Of a DNA stretch of 64,000 bases, positions 48,619 to 59,391 are shown piece by piece. Every line of letters starts with the position of its first letter. Position 1 is the first letter of the stretch. The notes below the pieces were generated by a model, which saw nothing but the letters and a program-made list of their open reading frames with translations, was not told where the DNA came from and did not search any database. The DNA comes from Phycisphaerae bacterium (lineage in GTDB: Bacteria; Planctomycetota; Phycisphaerae; UBA1845; Fen-1342), in NCBI GenBank assembly GCA_963666925.2, contig CAXXTC010000005.1, forward strand, positions 1-64,000, in the 5' to 3' direction. A program made the position numbers and the translations under genes.

Positions 48619-49764
48619 TCATGTGCGGCGAGGCAGCGCACTCAATGGGCCACAATCAGACCGGGCCAGCTCGACGCGCAGCCCGCGCAGTCGGCGGCGC
48701 AACTGATCGCGCAGCCGCCCGAGCGCAGGCCGCTCACTGGCCGCATGACCAATACAAACGGCCGTAACATTGCGTTTCAACAATTCGAGCGCATCGTGGT
48801 GCTTGAACTCGCCAGTCAGCACGAGCGAATCCGCATCGCGAAAGCGGCGCACTCCAAACGCGCCGGCCGCCGCCGTCACTGACGTGAACCGCCGCCGCAA
48901 ATCGCCAACGACCGTCGCGCAGGACAGATCAACCACACCGTCCAGATTGCGCAGCAGCGCTCGCCCGGTCGCCGGTCGAGCCAGCCGCCCGACGCGTCCC
49001 AAACCGACCAGCCCGCGACCGGCCAGCGATTGCAGCGGATACAAATCAAACGCCGGCTCCTCGTACGAATGCTCTGCGTATAGCGCCCGCACGACGCCTC
49101 CCAGCCGACCGTGTGGCACAACCATCTCCAGCCGGGTTTCCTCGACGTGTTCGAGCCGCTGTTTCCGTCCCACCGTGGGGTTGGTCGTCTCGTCGCCACA
49201 GAACGTCCCCCGGCCACGCAGCTCGTAGCTGCACTCGTGATAATGCCCGATAACCCCCGCGCCGGCCGCACTCAACGCCTCCCGCAACGCCCCCACCTCC
49301 GTCGGCGGCACAAACACCACCAGCTTGTATTGCTGCCCCGCGTCGATCACCGGCTCAAGCGGATATCGCTCCACCGGCGCGAACGCGTCCAGCAGCACAT
49401 CGTTCGTCCCTCCATCCGCCACGTCCAGGGCCGTGTGGACCGCAAATATGGACACGCCGGCGCGAATCAGGTCTGCCAGCCGCGTGGTCGGCGTGGCCGC
49501 GTCGGGCGTCACCGACTTAATCCCCTTGAAAATCGGCGGATGGTACAACACCAGCGCGTCGACCCGCTTGCGCAGCGCCTCGTTAGCCACCGCGTCGGTC
49601 AGGTCGATCGCCAGCAGCGCGTGGCACACCGGCCACTCGGGGCTACCTGCGAGCAGGCCAACGTTGTCCCACTCCTCAGCTCGGCCCAGCGGCGCGATCT
49701 GATCCAGCACCGCCAGCACATCCGCGGCCACTCGGCCCACACCGCCCGCCGCACGTTTACTCAT
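48619..49764 (-). CDS. Nif3-like dinuclear metal protein (YqfO type with PII-like insert)
   Basis: AEEWDNVGL, YHPPIF, HTALD, KLVVFVP, HSYEEPAFD, GHAASE. Confidence 0.9.
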   Translation of the reverse strand: MSKRAAGGVGRVAADVLAVLDQIAPLGRAEEWDNVGLLAGSPEWPVCHALLAIDLTDAVANEALRKRVDALVLYHPPIFKGIKSVTPDAATPTTRLADLIRAGVSIFAVHTALDVADGGTNDVLLDAFAPVERYPLEPVIDAGQQYKLVVFVPPTEVGALREALSAAGAGVIGHYHECSYELRGRGTFCGDETTNPTVGRKQRLEHVEETRLEMVVPHGRLGGVVRALYAEHSYEEPAFDLYPLQSLAGRGLVGLGRVGRLARPATGRALLRNLDGVVDLSCATVVGDLRRRFTSVTAAAGAFGVRRFRDADSLVLTGEFKHHDALELLKRNVTAVCIGHAASERPALGRLRDQLRRRLRGLRVELARSDCGPLSALPRRT

Positions 49765-50620
49765 CACCCAGCTCCCGATCAATCAGCCGGCCATACGCGA
49801 TCGCCAACTCGCGCGTCAGGTCGCCGGGCTTCTCGGTGCCGATCGCTTCACGCCCAATGCGCACCACCGGCATCAGTTCCATCATGCTGTTGGTCAGGAA
49901 CACCTCGTCCGCGTTCAACAGCTCCTTCAGCGTGAGCAGTTCCTCCTGCACGGCCACGTCCAACTCGGCCGCCAGCTCCAGAACGACGGCCCGCGTGATC
50001 CCGGGCAAGACCGGCGTCTCGAGCGGCGGCGTCCACAGCGCCCCATCGCGCACCGCGAATACCGAGCTGATCGCCCCCTCAGCAACGAAGTTGTCGTGCG
50101 TCAGCCACAACGCTTCCAGCGCCCCCTCGGCATAGGCCGCTCCCAGCGACACCAGACGCGCAAAGTAGCTCGTCGTCTTGTGACCCGCGGTCGGGTCGCA
50201 ATCACTCTGCCGATATTCCGACACCACCGCCGTCACCCCCTGACGATAGTGTTCCTCCGGGTAGCGGCCTCCCTCCGCGGCCGACACCACAATTGTCAGC
50301 TCCGGCTGATCCTCCGCCGCCGGGTGCAATGAGCCGGTGGTGACCGTCAAACGCACTCGCGCATCAGCCCCGCCGAGCGCCCCGACCACCTGCTGCACGT
50401 TGTCGGCCAGCTCCTCGGTATCGGGCACCACCATCCAGCGCAGCGCATTGGCCGAATTTATCAGCCGATCCAGGTGCCGATCCAGCCGAAACACCCGGCC
50501 GCTGTAGGCGCGCATCGTCTCGAACAGCCCGATACCTTGCATGAAGCCCGAGTCGAACACGCTCACCCGCGCCTCTTCAGCGGGCATCAACACGCCATTC
50601 AAACATGCCCAATATTGCAA
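49757..50620 (-). CDS. pabC: class IV aminotransferase, probably aminodeoxychorismate lyase
   Basis: GLFETMR, HKTTSY, EGAISSVF, LPGITR; adjacent to pabB. Confidence 0.75.
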   Translation of the reverse strand: MQYWACLNGVLMPAEEARVSVFDSGFMQGIGLFETMRAYSGRVFRLDRHLDRLINSANALRWMVVPDTEELADNVQQVVGALGGADARVRLTVTTGSLHPAAEDQPELTIVVSAAEGGRYPEEHYRQGVTAVVSEYRQSDCDPTAGHKTTSYFARLVSLGAAYAEGALEALWLTHDNFVAEGAISSVFAVRDGALWTPPLETPVLPGITRAVVLELAAELDVAVQEELLTLKELLNADEVFLTNSMMELMPVVRIGREAIGTEKPGDLTRELAIAYGRLIDRELGDE

Positions 50621-50623
50621 GCG

Positions 50624-52084
50624 TCACTCCTGTCGGCTCAGCAGCGCCACACGCCCATCGCCAGTCCTGTCATCCCCATCAACCACACTCAGCCCGCGCA
50701 GAATCCCATACGCCTTGGCCATGGTCTCGTCATACTCGGCCGCCGGATCGGAGTCAGCCACGATCCCGCCGCCCACGTAGAGTGTCGCCGTTTGCTCGTG
50801 AATCTGCAAAGTGCGAATGGCCACATTGGCCGTCAGGCTACCGTCCAGCCCGAGCGCACAAACCGCCCCCGTGTAGGCCCCACGCGCCACCGGCTCCAAC
50901 TCGTCGATGATCTCGAGCGCCCGGATCTTCGGCACGCCGACGATCGAGCCGGCCGGAAAACACGCCCTGAGCAGATCCAGCGCCGCTCGACCCGGCGCCA
51001 GTCGCCCGACCACATCTGCCACGGTGTGAAACACGGCCGGATGGGCCTCGGTGCGCCGCGCCCAGGGCACCGACACCGAGCCGGGCACGCACACCCGCCC
51101 CAGGTCGTTGCGATGCAGGTCGACGATCATCACCAGCTCGGCCGCCTCCTTGGCCGACGCCTCCAACTCGTGCCGATGAACAGCGTCACGCTCCGCATCG
51201 CCGGTGCGCGGCCGCGTGCCCTTGATCGGCCGGGTCAAAACACGATCGCCGCGCAGCGACAGCATCAGCTCGGGCGACACCGACGCGATCGCGCCGCCGG
51301 GCCAGTGCAGCAGAGCCGCATACGGCGCCGGGTTCACCTGTCGCAGCGTCGCGTACGCCCCGCGCACGTCGCTCACGGCGCCGACGTGCATCCGCTGCGC
51401 GAGATTAACCTGGTATATATCGCCGGCCGCGATGTACTCCAGCGCCCGCCGAACCGCTCGCTCATGCTCCACCCGCGATTGCTCATACACCACCCGCCGC
51501 ACCACATCACTTGTGACACCAGTTTGCGCTGTGGCACCGGTTTGTAACCGGTGCTTGAGATCACCACCCGCACCCCGAACCCCCAAACAATCCGCCAGCC
51601 CCGGTGCGCCGATCTCATACGCCCGCCGCGACGCGTGATCCAGCACGATCACCCGATCGAACAACGCCAGCCGCATCAGCGGCAACCCCAGGTCGAACCG
51701 GTGCGTTGCCGGCAGCCGCTCCAGGTACCGGGCCTGCTCAAACCCCACATACCCAACCCAGCCGGGGCCCAGATCGGTCGGCCCGCTCGGCCAGGTACCG
51801 ATCTGCTCCACCACCCGCTGCCACAGGCACCACCCGTCGACGTCCTCAGCCAGCACGCCCCCGTCGGCAATCAACGTCGCCGCCCGCCCCTCATACTGTT
51901 CGAGCACCGCCAACGGCTCAGACGCAATCAGGCTCAGCTCAGCTCCGCGTGGGTGGCCGGCCACGTCGGCAGTGCTGTCGAGCCAGGCCAACTCGCCGCC
52001 CCCTGCCAGCGCGCCCGCCAGCCGCGCCACATCGCGCGGAAAAGGCACCTCTGCTATCTGCCAGGCCGAACTCATGGCCAGCAT
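50624..52084 (-). CDS. pabB: aminodeoxychorismate synthase component I
   Basis: GDIYQVN, SPEL, PIKGT, MIVDLHRND, FPAGS, YVGGGIVADS. Confidence 0.85.
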   Translation of the reverse strand: MLAMSSAWQIAEVPFPRDVARLAGALAGGGELAWLDSTADVAGHPRGAELSLIASEPLAVLEQYEGRAATLIADGGVLAEDVDGWCLWQRVVEQIGTWPSGPTDLGPGWVGYVGFEQARYLERLPATHRFDLGLPLMRLALFDRVIVLDHASRRAYEIGAPGLADCLGVRGAGGDLKHRLQTGATAQTGVTSDVVRRVVYEQSRVEHERAVRRALEYIAAGDIYQVNLAQRMHVGAVSDVRGAYATLRQVNPAPYAALLHWPGGAIASVSPELMLSLRGDRVLTRPIKGTRPRTGDAERDAVHRHELEASAKEAAELVMIVDLHRNDLGRVCVPGSVSVPWARRTEAHPAVFHTVADVVGRLAPGRAALDLLRACFPAGSIVGVPKIRALEIIDELEPVARGAYTGAVCALGLDGSLTANVAIRTLQIHEQTATLYVGGGIVADSDPAAEYDETMAKAYGILRGLSVVDGDDRTGDGRVALLSRQE

Positions 52085-52255
52085 GTTACCGGACCACCAT
52101 CACAACGACATCCGTGCGCAGCTCCCGGCCACCCCCAGCCAAAAACGCCCGTATCGCAAAAACTTCCACCAATCTCACTCTCCACTGGTCTACACTTACC
52201 AGTGGTGGCCACTGTCAATGCGTCCCGAAGCACGCCAGACCGCACGAGGCCTGTC

Positions 52256-52852
52256 ATGAAGCTCACCCACGCACTCCTGCTCGTCGCCGGGCTCACGCTG
52301 CTCTGCTCCAGCCCGCCGGCCGGCGCCGACGACTTCGCTATCCGTTTCACGTACCGCGACAACGGCGACTCCTGCCGCATACCCGCCTGCCGCAATCTCC
52401 CGGGCGAACCGGTGGTGTACTACGACCTGAGCGTGCCGGGGATCTACCGCTCCTGCGCAGCCAGTGCCGTGATCTACGAACCGGCCCCCGCCGTAGCAAA
52501 CGAAATGTACGTGCCATACGTCGTCGTCCAACCCCCACGGACACGTTACTACCGCCCGAACTACTACGCCGGCCACCGCGTGATCTACCGCAACCAGCCA
52601 CCACGCGTCATCCACCAGCGCCGCATCGTGCACGAGCGCACCATTCGACGAATACACCGCCAGCGCTGCACGCCAACCGTCCGCCGCACATACGCCCGTC
52701 GAACAGACCAACTCTGGCCGGCCAGATCAACCATCGGTGTATATCACACGCGCCACCCCATGACACGGATCCATCGTGGCGTGCACAGGCAACCCGCCCC
52801 GCGGATCCACCCGCGGCCCAGCCACCGCATTCCCGTGCGACACAGAAGGTAG
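52256..52852 (+). CDS. hypothetical exported protein with an Arg/His-rich tail
   Basis: MKLTHALLLVAGLTLLC signal; GAGG RBS. Confidence 0.55.
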   Translation: MKLTHALLLVAGLTLLCSSPPAGADDFAIRFTYRDNGDSCRIPACRNLPGEPVVYYDLSVPGIYRSCAASAVIYEPAPAVANEMYVPYVVVQPPRTRYYRPNYYAGHRVIYRNQPPRVIHQRRIVHERTIRRIHRQRCTPTVRRTYARRTDQLWPARSTIGVYHTRHPMTRIHRGVHRQPAPRIHPRPSHRIPVRHRR

Positions 52853-52864
52853 CAGCCCTATCAG

Positions 52865-54382
52865 CTACGCGCCGCGCTGGCGCAGCAGTTCCACGATCAG
52901 ACGCACGCCGAATCCGGTCGCACCCTTGCCCGTCGGCAGGCCGTTGTTCTCGTTCGTAGCCACCGAAGCAATATCAAGATGCGCCCAGGGCGTATCCGCC
53001 TCCACGAATTCCTTCAGGAACATCCCCCCCACAATCGCGTGGGCTGCCCGCTTGCCCGCCGAGTTCTTGATGTCCGCCTCGGTGCTCTTGATCGACTCGC
53101 GGTAGTCGTCCCACAGCGGCAAACGCCACAGCCGCTCGTGCGTCACCCGCCCAGCTTCACCCAGGTCACTCGCCAATGCATCATCGTTCGACATCAGCCC
53201 GGCCGCCTGGCTGCCCAGCGCCACGCCCACGCCCCCGGTCAGCGTCGCCAGGTCGATCAGCGTCGTCGGCCGGAGCTTCCGCTGGGCGTACCACAAGGCG
53301 TCGGCCAGCACCAGCCGCCCTTCCGCGTCCGTGCTAATGACCTCGACCGTTTTGCCGCTCATCATGTCGATGATGTCGCCGGGCTTGTAGGCCTTTTCCG
53401 AAACGGCATTCTCCGCCGCCGCAATCAGCCCCACGACGTTGCACTTGAGCTTCAAGCTGGCGACGGCCTTCATAATACCCAGCACCGTCATGCCGCCGCA
53501 CTTGTCGAACTTCATCTCCTCCAACCCGCTCGACGGCTTGATCGAATACCCGCCGGTATCAAACGTAATCGCCTTGCCGACCAGGACCGTAGTGGCCCGA
53601 GCCCGCGGCGTACCGCGATACTCCAACTGTATCAGACAGGCCGGCTGCTGCGCGCCTTGCCCAACCGCAAGCAACCCGCCCATGCCAAGCTGCTTGAGCC
53701 GCGGAGTGTTGAGCACCGTGCACTTGAGCTTCGACTCGCGCGCCAGACGGCGTGCCTCGGTAGCCAGCGTGGCGGGGTTAATCACGTTGGCTGGCTCATG
53801 CCCCAGCCGACGCGTGTAGTTAACCGCGTCTGCCATCTTCAGCACATCGCGCACGCCGGCCTGCGCCCGCCGCAGATAAGCTCCCTGGCTGGCGCGCAGC
53901 TCGACGCGCACCTTCGCCGGCGGCCGCTCCTCCGGCGTCTTGTGATTCAGAAAACGATAACCGGCCAGCGCCATGCCCAGGGCAAACTCGGCCGTCGCAT
54001 CGGCCACCCGCGTCGCCACCAGCCCATCGATCCACATCGCCGCCCGCTCGATCTGCTCTCCCATCAACCAGCGCGCCGCAGCCGCGCCGGCCTGACGCAC
54101 CTGGTGCGCCCGCAATTCGTCAGCCGCCCCCAAGCTGATCAGCAACACCCGCGGGCACTTGCCCGTCGTTCCGCTGTGCGCAAGCTGACCCACCTTGCCC
54201 CGCAGCGCCTTGACCTCCATCAGCCGCGCTACCGCCCCACCACAGAACTTGTCCACTCGGCTAACCAGTTCCATCGGCGGCTGGGGTTTGGCCTGTACCG
54301 GCACCAGGAGCACGTCGCCGGCCGGCGCCCCCTGCTCCGCAGTCGTAAACGAAAACGCCGTCCCGCTCGTGTTCTTCGCCAT
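52865..54382 (-). CDS. pepA: leucyl aminopeptidase (M17)
   Basis: GKAITFDTGG, MKFDKCG, TDAEGRL, HLDIA. Confidence 0.92.
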   Translation of the reverse strand: MAKNTSGTAFSFTTAEQGAPAGDVLLVPVQAKPQPPMELVSRVDKFCGGAVARLMEVKALRGKVGQLAHSGTTGKCPRVLLISLGAADELRAHQVRQAGAAAARWLMGEQIERAAMWIDGLVATRVADATAEFALGMALAGYRFLNHKTPEERPPAKVRVELRASQGAYLRRAQAGVRDVLKMADAVNYTRRLGHEPANVINPATLATEARRLARESKLKCTVLNTPRLKQLGMGGLLAVGQGAQQPACLIQLEYRGTPRARATTVLVGKAITFDTGGYSIKPSSGLEEMKFDKCGGMTVLGIMKAVASLKLKCNVVGLIAAAENAVSEKAYKPGDIIDMMSGKTVEVISTDAEGRLVLADALWYAQRKLRPTTLIDLATLTGGVGVALGSQAAGLMSNDDALASDLGEAGRVTHERLWRLPLWDDYRESIKSTEADIKNSAGKRAAHAIVGGMFLKEFVEADTPWAHLDIASVATNENNGLPTGKGATGFGVRLIVELLRQRGA

Positions 54383-54478
54383 GTATGCACCTCGAGTCCT
54401 TGGATTTGCTTTGGCAGCGGGGCAGCCTAACACGCAGACTCCGATCCGCAAGGCATTCCCCCCTTCCACCTGGGAAGA

Positions 54479-55129
54479 TCAACGCAACTCGTCCGGATGA
54501 TCAACCACCAGGTCAGCACCAGCCGCCTCAAGGTCCGCCCGCGGCCGAAATCCCCACGCCACACCCACACCAACCGCGCCAGCCGCCTGCGCCGTCGCAA
54601 TATCCGTCGGCGTATCTCCCACCATCCACGTATCCGCCGGTCGAACGCCGAGCGTTTCGCAGATCCGCTCCAGATAGTACGGCGACGGCTTGCGGTGTTG
54701 CTCTTCCAGGTAGCCCTGAATCACATCAAACGTACTATTGGGCCAGAACGTTCGCACCACCCGCACCGTCAACTCGTGCGGCTTGTTCGACAATACCGCC
54801 AGCCGCACACCCGCCGACCTCAGCCGCTCGACCAATTCCACCACCCCCGGATAGGGCCGGGTCTGGTCCACTACGCGCGTCCGATAGTACGGCCGCACCA
54901 ACTCGGCCAGGCGCCCGACCAAGTGCGGATGAGTCTGCCCCAACGCCCGCTCGCAGAGCTTCGGAACGCCCTCGCCAACCATGTAGCGATAGCTCTGTAT
55001 CGGAAAGGTCTCCAACCCGAGCAGTTCCAGGCAATGATTCAGGGCTGCCGCGATGTCGCCCAGCGAATCAACCAGCGTGCCATCCAGGTCAAGCACGCAA
55101 CAACCAGCCTCCGTAATCGATCCCGGCAT
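54479..55129 (-). CDS. gph: phosphoglycolate phosphatase-like HAD hydrolase
   Basis: DLDGTLVDS, LSNK, KPSP, MVGDTPTD. Confidence 0.75.
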   Translation of the reverse strand: MPGSITEAGCCVLDLDGTLVDSLGDIAAALNHCLELLGLETFPIQSYRYMVGEGVPKLCERALGQTHPHLVGRLAELVRPYYRTRVVDQTRPYPGVVELVERLRSAGVRLAVLSNKPHELTVRVVRTFWPNSTFDVIQGYLEEQHRKPSPYYLERICETLGVRPADTWMVGDTPTDIATAQAAGAVGVGVAWGFRPRADLEAAGADLVVDHPDELR

Positions 55130-55261
55130 AATTGGATACCCGCACATCACTGGGGACACTGCCACCTCTGGACGACGAATCTCTATAATACCAGGAAGGT
55201 TGCCCGGGTTCGAAGCAGCGCCGGCGCACCATCCACACTGCACTTATGGGAGCAACGTGCC

Positions 55262-56509
55262 ATGCGCTTGGCAGCAGTTACCTGCGTCACCAGCGTTATT
55301 TTGATAGTCCTGGCAGCTCAGCCAACCTACGCCCAGGAGACTGACGATCCGGCGGTGAGCTATAGCAGCCTGATCAATATCGATTCGCTCATCGAGAACC
55401 ACGTCCGCTTCCTGGCCCGCAAATACACCCTTTCCGACGATCAGGAGGCCTTCACCGAGGAGTACCTCCACACCCGCGCAGACGAATTCCTCAAACATCA
55501 CCGCGACGAGATGTTCAACCTGGTCGACCAACTCTTCGCCGTCCGCGCCGGCGGGGACATGTCGCAACAGGACCTCGTCGAGTGGGGCAAACACGCCCTG
55601 CCGCTCTACCAGGAGGCCAAACTGCTGATCGTCGAGGGCAACGCCGAGTGGCGCGAGGTGCTCACACCCGAGCAGCAACTGATTCACGATCAGGATCTCG
55701 ACCTGATGTACCGTCAGTTCAACGAGACCGAGGACCAGTTGGAACGCATCGTCACGGGCCAGATGACCGTGGATGAATTTCGGCGTGGCCCGGGCAAGCT
55801 GGCCGGCTCGACCCCGCGACGCAAGGCCCCCAGCATCAAACCCCAAACCCCAACCAAGTCACCGACCGCCGCGCCGGCCCCCGCCGGCAAACCCGGCCGC
55901 ACCGTGCCGGCGGAGAAACCCGCCGACAAGCGACCGCCATCACGCCGACCTAGTCCACGCCGGGGCTCGGCGGCCAAACCCGATCCGGGCGCCGGCTCGG
56001 ACAACGAGATCGCCGAACGCATCCGCGAGCGGGCAGCCCAACAACGCCGCTCGGGCGGAAAGAGCCGCCCCTCAAGAAACCGCCCAGCCCGCGTGGACGA
56101 CGATTACGCCAGCCAGTGGGAACGCTACGTCGAGGATTTCATCACCCGCTACAAGCTCGATGACGGGCAAACCGAGCGGGCCCGGGCCATCCTCAAGGAC
56201 TGCCAGGAACAGGCCAATCGACACATGCAGCGGGCCAAGCCACGCATCGATCAGCTCGAACGACAGATGGAAAAGACCGGCAGCGAAGAACGCGCCGCCA
56301 AGCTGCGCGAGCGACTCGACCAGCAAAAACAGCGGCTGCTCCAGCCGATAGGCATAATCTTCGAAAGCCGACTGAAACCCAGCCTCGAAAAGCTGCCCAC
56401 CCGCGCGCAGCGCGCCGCAGCCGCCAACAGCCCCGCACGCAACAAAGACCGCGACCGCAAACCGGGAAGGCCCGATAACCGCAAGCCGGGGCAACGCAAC
56501 CGAAAGTAG
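55262..56509 (+). CDS. hypothetical exported helical protein with two related helical halves
   Basis: signal peptide; RKYTLSDDQ and TRYKLDDGQ motifs separated by a Pro/Arg-rich linker. Confidence 0.7.
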   Translation: MRLAAVTCVTSVILIVLAAQPTYAQETDDPAVSYSSLINIDSLIENHVRFLARKYTLSDDQEAFTEEYLHTRADEFLKHHRDEMFNLVDQLFAVRAGGDMSQQDLVEWGKHALPLYQEAKLLIVEGNAEWREVLTPEQQLIHDQDLDLMYRQFNETEDQLERIVTGQMTVDEFRRGPGKLAGSTPRRKAPSIKPQTPTKSPTAAPAPAGKPGRTVPAEKPADKRPPSRRPSPRRGSAAKPDPGAGSDNEIAERIRERAAQQRRSGGKSRPSRNRPARVDDDYASQWERYVEDFITRYKLDDGQTERARAILKDCQEQANRHMQRAKPRIDQLERQMEKTGSEERAAKLRERLDQQKQRLLQPIGIIFESRLKPSLEKLPTRAQRAAAANSPARNKDRDRKPGRPDNRKPGQRNRK

Positions 56510-56652
56510 CTTCAACGAAAACCTGGCGGCTAGCCCGGCAGACCGACTGCCAACGACCCGCTGAACCCCAACCTCCAAATGACCGATATTGCGAATGGAG
56601 CAGCGGGAGACTATTTGTGCAATGGTATCGGCCGTGAGCCGAGCCTCACGGC

Positions 56653-56922
56653 ATGTCTGAGAAGGAGAAACGCATGCAAGCCATGCTGAAACGCGGACGA
56701 CGATGGATGCTGGCACTGGTAGCCGGCGGCAGCCTCTTCGTCCTCGAAAGCTGCGACACAACGGTGCGAGACACGGTGCTCACGGGCGTCGGGACAGCCG
56801 CCACAACCCTCTCCAGCACCTTCATCTCGGCCTTCATCGAATCCCTGCAATCCGACGATTCCGAAGAAACGGCATCGACCGTGCGCAACTTCGACGAGCT
56901 GTTCCCGCAGGTCTTCGGCTAA
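56653..56922 (+). CDS. small hypothetical lipoprotein-like protein
   Basis: basic N-terminus, hydrophobic stretch, LESC; AAGGAG upstream of an internal ATG. Confidence 0.6.
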   Translation: MSEKEKRMQAMLKRGRRWMLALVAGGSLFVLESCDTTVRDTVLTGVGTAATTLSSTFISAFIESLQSDDSEETASTVRNFDELFPQVFG

Positions 56923-57038
56923 ACCCGCCCCTGGCCAACCAACCGCCCGGGCAGCATCAGCGAACAGGTAACCACCCCAACGGGCCGATCACGCCCCATA
57001 CCATCGGCGTGCTCGGCCCGCTGCTTGCGCCACCCAGA

Positions 57039-58094
57039 TCAGCTAGCGATTTCCGCCTGCTCATGCGCTCGCCGACGTCGCGACAGCAGAATCGCCAGCT
57101 CAATCGCCGCTCGCATCGAACCCGCATCGGCCCGACTCTTACCCGCAATATCGTAAGCGGTCCCGTGATCCGGGCTCGTACGCACAACGTCCAGCCCCAG
57201 CGTCGTCTGGGCCGCCTGGTGAAACGCACGCATCTTCACCGGTATCAGCCCCTGATCGTGATACATCGCCACCAGCCCGTCGAATTGGCTCAGAACGTCC
57301 GGCACAAACGCGGTGTCCGGCGGCAGCGGCCCGGTCACGTGGATTCCCGAGTTGCGCGCCATCCCCAGCGCCGGTTCGATAATACGCCGCTCCTCGTCCC
57401 CTATCAGACCATCCTCCCCCGCGTGCGGGTTCAGGCCCAGCACGCCAATGTGCGGCCGCCGCAGGCCAAACCAATCCCGCAGCGCCCGATCGAGCAGGTC
57501 GATCGGCTGATGCACCATCCCGATCGTGAAGGAGTTATGCAGCTCGAACAGCGGCACATGATCAGAAGCCAGCACCACGCGCAGCTCATCCGCCACGAAC
57601 AGCATATTCACCCGCCGCGTCTCGAACCGCTGCGCCAGCAGATCTGTGTGACCAGCAAAGCGATGGCGGGCGATGTGCCAGGCGTGCTTGCTGATCGGCG
57701 CCGTCACCAGCGCATCGATCAACCCCCGCTTCAGATGCCGAATGCCCGCTTCGACAAACACAAACGAGGCGTGCCCACCGAGCGCGGTCGGCTCACGCTG
57801 ACCGTTCGGCCGAATCGGCGGCAAATCGTCAAAATCCGCCAGCAACACCCCGCTGGCCACGCGCGGGCCGTGATCCTGCGGCTCGCGCCACCAGAACACC
57901 GGCACCTCGGCCTGGTCGGCCGCCACCTCGAGCACATCGTGCAGCCCGATTATGACAAAACGCGCCCGCCCGCGCAGCCCCGGATCCGCCAGGGCCTTCA
58001 CGATTACCTCCGGCCCAACACCCAGCGGATCCCCCATGCTGATCCCGATCAGCGGCAGGTCACGCTCCGGAGACGTCGGACCGTCGGCCTTCAT
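57039..58094 (-). CDS. pdxA: 4-hydroxythreonine-4-phosphate dehydrogenase
   Basis: MGDPLGVGPE, TAPISK, GHTD, LNPHAGE, MYHDQG, RTSPDHGTAYDIAG. Confidence 0.95.
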   Translation of the reverse strand: MKADGPTSPERDLPLIGISMGDPLGVGPEVIVKALADPGLRGRARFVIIGLHDVLEVAADQAEVPVFWWREPQDHGPRVASGVLLADFDDLPPIRPNGQREPTALGGHASFVFVEAGIRHLKRGLIDALVTAPISKHAWHIARHRFAGHTDLLAQRFETRRVNMLFVADELRVVLASDHVPLFELHNSFTIGMVHQPIDLLDRALRDWFGLRRPHIGVLGLNPHAGEDGLIGDEERRIIEPALGMARNSGIHVTGPLPPDTAFVPDVLSQFDGLVAMYHDQGLIPVKMRAFHQAAQTTLGLDVVRTSPDHGTAYDIAGKSRADAGSMRAAIELAILLSRRRRAHEQAEIAS

Positions 58095-58762
58095 AGGAAA
58101 CCACGCTCCGCCAGGCTGGCAAGGTTCACACCTGCCGGCGCCGCCCCAGACTCGCCCACGCCGAGACGACTCATCACTGCCCGCACTAACATATCCGTCT
58201 CAATGTTGACCCGCGCTGCCGGACCACGCTCCTTCAGCACCGTGTTTTCCAGCGTGGTCGGCACCAACGCCACGGACAGCAGTGGCGGCGTGACATCAAC
58301 CACCGTCAGGCTCGTGCCGTCGATCGCAATCGAACCTTTCGGAACGACATTGCGGAACACCTCCTGCTCGGCGCGCAGCCTCAGCTTCCACTCACCGCCG
58401 CCGCGATCGATCCGCTCGACCGTTCCCACCGCGTCCACGTGCCCCTGGACAAAATGCCCGTCCAGCCGATCGCCGACCCGCAGCGAGCGTTCCAGGTTCA
58501 CGCGGCCACCCACCTGAAGCTCACGCAAAGTGGTGCGTTGCCAGGTTTCGGGCACGACGTCGAAGTTCGCCACCGTGCCCGCCAGACGCGCCACCGTCAG
58601 GCACACGCCGTTGACCGCCACGCTGGCCCCCAACGGCAGTTGCTCACTCAACGGGCCGACATCCACCGCCAGCGGGAAGGCCGCACTGCCGTCCGGGTCG
58701 CGTCGCGCCGCCCGGGCCAGGGCCGTCACAGTCCCCACGTGTTCGATGATGCCGGTGAACAA
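58091..58762 (-). CDS. ribE: riboflavin synthase (alpha chain)
   Basis: (M)FTGII from a TTG start, SVAVNGVCLTV, VNLERSL, GHFVQGHVD. Confidence 0.92.
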   Translation of the reverse strand: MFTGIIEHVGTVTALARAARRDPDGSAAFPLAVDVGPLSEQLPLGASVAVNGVCLTVARLAGTVANFDVVPETWQRTTLRELQVGGRVNLERSLRVGDRLDGHFVQGHVDAVGTVERIDRGGGEWKLRLRAEQEVFRNVVPKGSIAIDGTSLTVVDVTPPLLSVALVPTTLENTVLKERGPAARVNIETDMLVRAVMSRLGVGESGAAPAGVNLASLAERGFL

Positions 58763-58908
58763 GTCACTACACTCCGATGAGCGCCGGTAGCCCCGCGGCC
58801 CAGGCCGCATCAACGCCATTGTAAACAAAAGGAACACCTCCGGGCCAACCGAAGGTGTTCCGCATATCGAATCGATGGCCGGACAGACACGCCCAGGCCC
58901 GTGCCGCC

Positions 58909-59379
58909 TCAGATCGAGCTTTGTGCCTCGCGGGCAACCTGATCGATGAAATCGTCGTTGTTGATATCGCCGAAGAGGTCCTGAACCTCGCTGATGACGG
59001 TCTCGGCCACGCCCTCCGGAATCACGATGTCGTTCACGTTCATGTCCTGGATGTTGGCCAGGTCGTCGAACGTGCGGATGTTGTTCGCCGCTATCAACTC
59101 GACAGCCGCCGCGGCCAACTCGTCGCTGACAGTGGGAATCGGCTGTCCGGTGAAATCGGCGGCCAAGTCAGACATCAGTTGCAGATCATCCGGGTTGAGG
59201 GTGGTCAGCTCAGCGCTCCCAGCCGCGATGTTGCTCAGCTTCAACCCCAGAGAAATCGGGTTGCTCCCCCCCTGATACTCTTCCCCGATGATATCACTCT
59301 GAGACTGGAAACAACCGGTCAGCAACAGCAGACCAACAGCTCCACCCAGAGACAGGACAAGCGGCTTCCGTGCCAGCAT
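58909..59379 (-). CDS. acidic hypothetical lipoprotein
   Basis: LTGC lipobox; AAGGAG RBS. Confidence 0.75.
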   Translation of the reverse strand: MLARKPLVLSLGGAVGLLLLTGCFQSQSDIIGEEYQGGSNPISLGLKLSNIAAGSAELTTLNPDDLQLMSDLAADFTGQPIPTVSDELAAAAVELIAANNIRTFDDLANIQDMNVNDIVIPEGVAETVISEVQDLFGDINNDDFIDQVAREAQSSI

Positions 59380-59391
59380 CGTGACGTCTCC

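Noticed and set aside
52979..58517. Long antisense or alternative-frame ORFs (e.g. 52979-54430, 56703-58517; likewise 24544-25881, 47493-48599)
   Set aside because: They are shadow ORFs of well-supported genes in high-GC DNA, Arg/Pro/His-rich and without motifs
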